Shown: piece after piece, positions 58,561 to 64,000 of the stretch
Layout of the letters: every line of letters starts with the position of its first letter
Position numbering within the stretch: the first letter of the stretch is position 1
NCBI GenBank assembly: GCA_027623675.1
Contig: JAQBVF010000016.1
Coordinates: forward strand, 1-64,000
DNA: 64,000 bases
Reading direction: 5' to 3'
Source: Chloroflexota bacterium
GTDB taxonomy: Bacteria; Chloroflexota; Dehalococcoidia; Lucifugimonadales; UBA3495
The notes under the pieces: generated by a model
Seen by the model: only the letters and a program-made list of their open reading frames with translations
What the model was told of the DNA's origin: nothing
The model's database searches: none
Made by a program: the position numbers and the translations under genes

Positions 58561-59297
58561 TAACCGGCGAAGCCGCTTGGTGGGGTGATCTGCACCGGCT
58601 GGTTGATGTCGTCCAGGGTCAGCAGGCGTTCCGTGATTTCGTCGTCGGTCGGGACCACACGGCCCGAGATAGCCACCTGACGCAGCAAGCCTTCGTCGTC
58701 CAGCCACAGTTCAAGCCTCACGGGATAGCCTTCCCCCGCCCCAGGAACCAGTCCCGACAGGTCTTCGGAGGCGATCTTTCCGGCGATGCGCACCGTGTCC
58801 ACGCCGCCCAGCCGTTCCTCGCCTACTCTCCGGGGTTCTTCCACGGCGTCCACAACGTCAGCCAAGGTCTGTCCCAACCCTGAGAGGTCGAAGGGCAACG
58901 ATTCTTTGGGTATCTGGTTCCATTTGCCGCTGAATATATCGGTCATGTAGGCCGTGTCATCGATGGTGACGATGCTGATCTCAAGATACAGCTTGGGAGA
59001 CTCGGTTTCGGCCTCCACGGTAACCCTGAAACGGCCGGGAATAACAACGTCGCCATAGACCTTGGACATCAACACGCCGGGCACCAACACGGTGGACCCT
59101 TTCAGATGTTCCAGGGTGAACGCCGCTGACCGCAGGGCCAGCAGTTGGTCAACCGCCTGGCTCAGGGCTTGTTCGGCGTCGATGGTTGCTGCCCCGTCCG
59201 GAGTTGGTTTGGCGGAGTTGTTCGAACCGCAGGCCACCAGCAGGCCCAAAAGCAAAAGGGCCACCAGCGGGGACTTGGCGCTCAGTTCCACGACCAA
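58560..59297 (-). CDS. LppX/LprAFG-family lipoprotein (LprG-like)
   Basis: Lipobox LVAC, GDVVIPG, GEERLGGVDTVRIAG, ELWLD, DINQPVQITPP terminus. Confidence 0.8.
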   Translation of the reverse strand: MVVELSAKSPLVALLLLGLLVACGSNNSAKPTPDGAATIDAEQALSQAVDQLLALRSAAFTLEHLKGSTVLVPGVLMSKVYGDVVIPGRFRVTVEAETESPKLYLEISIVTIDDTAYMTDIFSGKWNQIPKESLPFDLSGLGQTLADVVDAVEEPRRVGEERLGGVDTVRIAGKIASEDLSGLVPGAGEGYPVRLELWLDDEGLLRQVAISGRVVPTDDEITERLLTLDDINQPVQITPPSGFAG

Positions 59298-60628
59298 AAT
59301 GCCAGCACACCCGCTCCCAAGTCCCGGGGGCCGGCGCCTCCTTCAACATCCAGCACGTAGACCCGGTCGCCGGTGGGGGTCCGGCCGTTGCTCCTGCGCG
59401 CCGCCTCGCCCTTGGAGCCAGCCACCACCAGAGACTTGCCGTCGGGCGACCAGGGCGAGTGGGAATGGGCGTACTGGTCGAAGAAGCTCAACATGATAAA
59501 AACTTCGCCCGACGGCTGGAAGCTGAACAGACGCTTGGCGCCGGAGCCGTCACTGGGCGAAACCACCCATTCCATCTCCTGCACTTCGGAATTCACCTCA
59601 ACCCAAGCCACTTTGTCTCCGGTGGGCGCCCAATAGAATGCCATCACCTGTTCGGCCGACAGAGTGACAACAGGACCGTCGGCGACCGGAACTAGCATGA
59701 GCCGGTTGAAGTATGGGACCCGGGGGCTGGGCTGGTCGGCCACTGCCAGTTGCGTGCCGTCGGGAGACCACATGAAGGCGGAGAGCAGGCCAACGTCCAT
59801 GACCTTTCTGGCCTGTTCCAGGCCGTCTACTGGGGCTACAAACAGCGCCATCCCTCCGCCGTCACTGGCCACGTAGGCCAGGATGGACCCGTCGGGGGAT
59901 ATCGCCGGAACCCGGAACCCGCCGGCCGACCCGATCGACCGTCTTAAGCCGCCTTCAGCTGGAAGCGTGACCAAACTTATGTCAGCCCCGACATGCAAAG
60001 CCATGGTCCCGGCGTCCTTCGACCATTGGTAGTAGAGAGGCGCGCCGCGGTCAATCACGTCGGCTGCCCGCCCCGGTGTGCCGTCCCAAACGAGCAGCGA
60101 CAACCCGTCGGGAGCGGATGCCAAGAAAGACAGGCTGTCTCCGGTCGGCGCCCAATATATGTAGTGGGGAGCACCTTCCGCGATCAACGCGGCTTGGTCA
60201 TTCACATATACCGTTTCGCTTCGGCCGGTGCGCGCATCCATCACCTGCACCGATAACTCGGCCCGGTTCTCAGATACAACCACTCTCGATGCGGCCAGTT
60301 TGGTCCCATCTGCCGACCATGTCGGCCAGGTATAGTATTCGTTGAGATTCAAGGGCTGGCCTTGGATTGCCCCGGCCGAGCCTTGTCCAGCTTGGAGCCC
60401 TCCGGTCAATCGGGCCGGTTCACCGCCGTCCGGATCTACCGTGATCAAGTCGCCATTGGCATTAACGTAAGCTATCCGGTCCACCTGGGCAATCTCCTCC
60501 TTCAACTCAAGCTGCGGCGTATCTTCCGGGCCAACGGTCTTGGTGCTTACCGGGCTGGAACAAGCTAACGCCACGGTGCCAACCAGAATGGCCAATACAA
60601 GTGACGTCCTGCCAACATGAAGCATCAT
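59282..60628 (-). CDS. TolB-like (PD40) beta-propeller lipoprotein
   Basis: Lipobox ALAC; repeated WSADG/WAPTG/ISPDG/WSPDG blades. Confidence 0.8.
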   Translation of the reverse strand: MMLHVGRTSLVLAILVGTVALACSSPVSTKTVGPEDTPQLELKEEIAQVDRIAYVNANGDLITVDPDGGEPARLTGGLQAGQGSAGAIQGQPLNLNEYYTWPTWSADGTKLAASRVVVSENRAELSVQVMDARTGRSETVYVNDQAALIAEGAPHYIYWAPTGDSLSFLASAPDGLSLLVWDGTPGRAADVIDRGAPLYYQWSKDAGTMALHVGADISLVTLPAEGGLRRSIGSAGGFRVPAISPDGSILAYVASDGGGMALFVAPVDGLEQARKVMDVGLLSAFMWSPDGTQLAVADQPSPRVPYFNRLMLVPVADGPVVTLSAEQVMAFYWAPTGDKVAWVEVNSEVQEMEWVVSPSDGSGAKRLFSFQPSGEVFIMLSFFDQYAHSHSPWSPDGKSLVVAGSKGEAARRSNGRTPTGDRVYVLDVEGGAGPRDLGAGVLAFWSWN

Positions 60629-60659
60629 TCAACCAAACGCCAACGGGCACGCCAGATTC

Positions 60660-60950
60660 ACACAATGGATTCAGGATAACACTACCGCCCGTTGGCAACA
60701 TTCAATTCCCGGTGGACAACCTTGGCTGGTCTTGCGCCTTTACTGGGATAATCCTGCTAGGCAAAAATCACCAGTGAATCCACCACACGATCTCCCTGCT
60801 TCGGCACACATACGAACCGATGTCTATCTACTAAGCCAAATATTCTCTACATGTTAAGATATTTATAGTCAACCTTATTCCAGTCACGCCCAAGCCTGGT
60901 TATCCACATCATCAACTCCTTTATTACTACTACTATTTTTACTAAATAAC
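60660..60950. other. Probable chromosomal replication origin (oriC)
   Basis: Perfect DnaA box TTATCCACA (60900-60908), adjacent degenerate box TCATCAACT, DnaA-trios TAT TAC TAC TAC TAT (60922-60936), T-run; further 2-mismatch boxes TCAGGATAA, GGTGGACAA, TTCTCTACA; AT-rich. Confidence 0.8.
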
Positions 60951-62231
60951 ATGATTGATACCGTTAGATTAAATATTAACGCCGGCTCCGGCGGTAACGG
61001 ATGCAGTAGCTTTTTGCGGGAGAAATACCGTCCCAAAGGCGGCCCTAATGGTGGCGATGGCGGCGACGGCGGAAGCGCCTACCTGATCGGTGATTCTTCG
61101 ATAAATACTTTGCTGCACATCAAATTCAACAGCACTATCTATGTGGTCCACGGTGGTCACGGCAAGGGTAAGAATAAGCGGGGAGCCAACGGGGAAGACA
61201 AATATATCCCTGTGCCTCTTGGGACTGTGGTTTACCGGATGGGTCCGGACGGTGAGAAAGAATATCTGGACGACATCAAGGATGAGACTCCCAGACTCGT
61301 TGCTGTAGGTGGCCGTGGCGGTTGGGGGAATAGCCGGTTCGCGACTCCGACTAACCAAGAACCGGTGTTGGCCCAGCGCGGAGAGAAAGGTGAGAGGTCC
61401 GTTCTGTTTCTGGAGCTAAAACTTCTGGCAGATGTTGGGCTGCTGGCCAAGCCCAATGCCGGCAAATCTACCCTGATATCCATGTGTTCAGCCGCGAAAC
61501 CAAAGGTCGCCGATTATCCCTTCACCACTGTTGAACCGGTTTTGGGAGTGGTTACGGTTGGCCGCAGTGATTTCGTGATGATGGAAGTTCCCGGTCTATT
61601 GGAGGGCGCCCACGAAGGGACTGGCCTGGGCCATGAGTTCTTGCGTCATGCCGAAAGGGCGAGACTGTACGTCCATATCTTGGACGGTTTGTCTGATGAC
61701 CCGGTGGAAGACTATCTAATGATCAACGAGGAGCTGGAGCAGTTCAACCCGGAGATGGCTAATAAGCCCCAACTTGTTGTGGTAAACAAGATGGACGTCA
61801 CCGAGGTACGGGAGCGGAAAGATGAGCTGCAAGCTGGTTTGCTGGAGGCGATCGGAGACCGGGGTTCTAGCATACAGTTCATTTCTGCGGCCACCGGCGA
61901 AGGCGTGGACCTCCTGATGGGAAGCATCGTAAACGCCCTGAACGCCCTGCCCAAAGCAGAGCCATCTACCGAGCCGGAAGTTGAACCCATGCACTCCCGG
62001 CCACAGCGGTCCATGCCCAGGGAGTCGGTGCGCCGTGAGGGCGGTGTGTACGTGGTGGTCTCGGAGGCGATGGAACGGCTAACAGCGATGGCCGACACCC
62101 GGGACCAGCGAGTCTTGCTGCAATTATGGCGTGAGATGCGGAAATCAGGCCTGGCAGACCGGTTGATCGACTCGGGCATCGAGGTCGGAGACACCATCAG
62201 ATTCGGCAAAGTAGAACTGCAGTGGTTCTAA
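60951..62231 (+). CDS. obgE: GTPase Obg/CgtA
   Basis: Gly-rich GGPNGGDGGDGG, PNAGKST, YPFTT, NKMD, C-terminal OCT domain. Confidence 0.95.
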   Translation: MIDTVRLNINAGSGGNGCSSFLREKYRPKGGPNGGDGGDGGSAYLIGDSSINTLLHIKFNSTIYVVHGGHGKGKNKRGANGEDKYIPVPLGTVVYRMGPDGEKEYLDDIKDETPRLVAVGGRGGWGNSRFATPTNQEPVLAQRGEKGERSVLFLELKLLADVGLLAKPNAGKSTLISMCSAAKPKVADYPFTTVEPVLGVVTVGRSDFVMMEVPGLLEGAHEGTGLGHEFLRHAERARLYVHILDGLSDDPVEDYLMINEELEQFNPEMANKPQLVVVNKMDVTEVRERKDELQAGLLEAIGDRGSSIQFISAATGEGVDLLMGSIVNALNALPKAEPSTEPEVEPMHSRPQRSMPRESVRREGGVYVVVSEAMERLTAMADTRDQRVLLQLWREMRKSGLADRLIDSGIEVGDTIRFGKVELQWF

Positions 62232-62303
62232 CGATCCGGCAGGACGGGCATGACGGACCTGGCGTGGTCCCGGTGGGTCTCTCGCTGGACCAAGGGTAGC
62301 CCG

Positions 62304-62930
62304 TTGAAGATTGGAATCCTGGGCGGGACATTCGATCCCGTTCACCTTGGACACCTGCGCATCGCCGAAGCAGCGATGGAACAGGCGGGTCTGGAGCAGG
62401 TGTTATTCATCCCCGCCGGCCACCCCAGGCTCAAACAGACGGAACCGGGCGCGACCGTCGCCCAACGCATCGAGATGGTGTGTCTGGCCATCGAAGGCCA
62501 CCCAAAGTTCCGGGTCTGCGAGATTGAAGCACATAGGCCCGGCCCCACCTACACCGTTGACACCTTGGTGGAGCTGTCGGGTAAGCTTGGACCCGAAGCC
62601 GAACTGTTCTTCATCCTCGGCTTGGACGTGCTGGGCCAGCTTGACCAGTGGAAAGAACCGGAGCGGGTGCCGCGGCTATGCCGGCTGTTGGCGCTGGACC
62701 GGCCTGGCGAGGAGGGCTTCGACTGGCCTGGGTTCTACAGCCGGGTCCCGGAAGCAAGGGGCAAGGTCCAGGTTGTGACGGCGCCGCTGGTAGATGTTAG
62801 CGGCACCGAACTGCGGCGCCTGATACTGGCCGGAGAGCCGCTGACCGGGCAGGTCCCAGAAGCGGTTGCCCGATACATACAGGAACAAGGCTTATACCAG
62901 AATGCAGGGGGAGAGAGGAAGTCGAGTTGA
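62304..62930 (+). CDS. nadD: Nicotinate-nucleotide adenylyltransferase
   Basis: GGTFDPVHLGH, YTVDTL, VSGTELR; TTG start inferred. Confidence 0.93.
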   Translation: MKIGILGGTFDPVHLGHLRIAEAAMEQAGLEQVLFIPAGHPRLKQTEPGATVAQRIEMVCLAIEGHPKFRVCEIEAHRPGPTYTVDTLVELSGKLGPEAELFFILGLDVLGQLDQWKEPERVPRLCRLLALDRPGEEGFDWPGFYSRVPEARGKVQVVTAPLVDVSGTELRRLILAGEPLTGQVPEAVARYIQEQGLYQNAGGERKSS

Positions 62931-63493
62931 ATGAAACAGTGGACCGGCTATTGGCCTTGGCGATAGAGCGGGGCGCCATCAAATACGGCGACTTCACACT
63001 AACCTCTGGGAAGAAGAGCAGTTATTACTTCGACGGCCGTCTTCTGAGTTTGGACCCGGAGGGCACCCACCTGATATCAGCGGCGTTGCTCCCCCTGCTG
63101 CACCAGGCGGGCGCTCAGGCCATCGGCGGCACCACGCTGGGTGCGGATCCCATCGTCGCCGCAGTGGCGTTGGCGAGTCACCTGGACGGCAGACCCATCC
63201 CGGCGTTCATCGTGCGCAAGGAAAGCAAGAGCCACGGCACCAAGCAGAATATCGAGGGACCGTTGCAGCCTGGAAGCAAGGTGGCCATCGTGGACGATGT
63301 TTGCACCACCGGCGGGTCTCTGTTCCACGCCATCGAGGCGGCGGAAGAGGCTGGGTGCACCGTGGTCAAGGTTGTTTCGCTGCTCGACCGGAACGAGGGC
63401 GGGTCGGAAGAGATGCGGAGGCGGGGCTACGACTTCGCGGCGTTGTTGGCCGCGACCCCAGAGGGCAAGATCGAGCCGGTCGCCGATCAGTAG
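62927..63493 (+). CDS. pyrE: Orotate phosphoribosyltransferase
   Basis: FTLTSGKKSSYYFD, VRKESKSHG, VDDVCTTGGS. Confidence 0.93.
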   Translation: MNETVDRLLALAIERGAIKYGDFTLTSGKKSSYYFDGRLLSLDPEGTHLISAALLPLLHQAGAQAIGGTTLGADPIVAAVALASHLDGRPIPAFIVRKESKSHGTKQNIEGPLQPGSKVAIVDDVCTTGGSLFHAIEAAEEAGCTVVKVVSLLDRNEGGSEEMRRRGYDFAALLAATPEGKIEPVADQ

Positions 63494-63494
63494 C

Positions 63495-64000
63495 CTAGTT
63501 TTTTGCTGGACCGAAAGGCTGGGCCAGCGAGACAATCTCCGCTGAGGCCTTTTCCTTGGCTCCTATGTCCAAACGCGCGCCGATAGTGGCAACGGCTGCT
63601 TTGACGTAGCCCAGGCCTTTCAGAGCGCCGCCAGAGGGTGTTGGCGCAACGGATGTCACTGCTCCAATGTTCTGGCCATCAAGGAGCAGCGCGTCACCCG
63701 GCGCAATGCCCGCTTCGGGGTCGAAGCTCAGGGAAACCAGGTATCTCTGGACCTTTTTGTAGCTGTCCAGCCTGGCGATGACTTCCTGACCGATGTAACA
63801 ACCCTTGGTAAAGTCCACCGAGCCGATCAGGCCGGCCTCCAGCGGGTTGTATGGTTCGCCAAGCTCGGGTCCGTACTCCGGTACGCCGTGATTCACCCGC
63901 GCCGCGTCCATCGCGGTAGTGCCGACGGGAACAGCGCCATTCGCGGTTAGATGCTGCCAGACCTCTGCGGCGGCTTCGGGGTCAACAATCAGCCAGTACC
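63495..64000 (-). CDS. YgfZ/GcvT-family folate-binding protein (partial; 5' end beyond the window)
   Basis: FTKGCYIGQEVIAR signature; frame open to the window edge. Confidence 0.88.
   Translation of the reverse strand, partial: YWLIVDPEAAAEVWQHLTANGAVPVGTTAMDAARVNHGVPEYGPELGEPYNPLEAGLIGSVDFTKGCYIGQEVIARLDSYKKVQRYLVSLSFDPEAGIAPGDALLLDGQNIGAVTSVAPTPSGGALKGLGYVKAAVATIGARLDIGAKEKASAEIVSLAQPFGPAKN

Noticed and set aside
63495..64000. Second gcvT
   Set aside because: KGCYIGQE marks the YgfZ branch, not the glycine cleavage T protein.
1..64000. tRNA, rRNA, prophage or integrase genes
   Set aside because: None recognised by eye; tRNAscan-SE or Infernal would be needed to exclude small RNAs.

Overview
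This is a GC-rich chromosomal segment. Its gene content (paralogous luciferase-like/F420 oxidoreductases, SDRs, MaoC hydratases, form II CoxSLM, lipoproteins with EVIKEV linkers, obg-nadD order) suggests a Chloroflexota/Dehalococcoidia (SAR202-like) bacterium; this is an inference, not a search result. From left to right: a DISARM DrmD-like SNF2 helicase truncated by an IS5-family element, a coxSLM-type molybdenum hydroxylase operon, housekeeping genes (lysA, holB, ricT, cmk, plsC, dgt), a divergent redox/lipid-catabolic cluster with duplicated SDR and LLM genes, and crcB/ClC. Next come a caa3-type cytochrome c oxidase operon whose subunit IV is fused to an auracyanin-like blue-copper domain, gcvT-H-PA-PB, hicAB, and TetR-proVW with a convergent proX. 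The right end holds a beta-propeller/LprG-like/P55(Rv1410c)-like operon, a probable replication origin (DnaA box plus DnaA-trios) directly upstream of obg with no dnaA beside it, and obg-nadD-pyrE. I saw no rRNA, tRNA or CRISPR array. All calls rest on visual motif recognition; no database searches were run.
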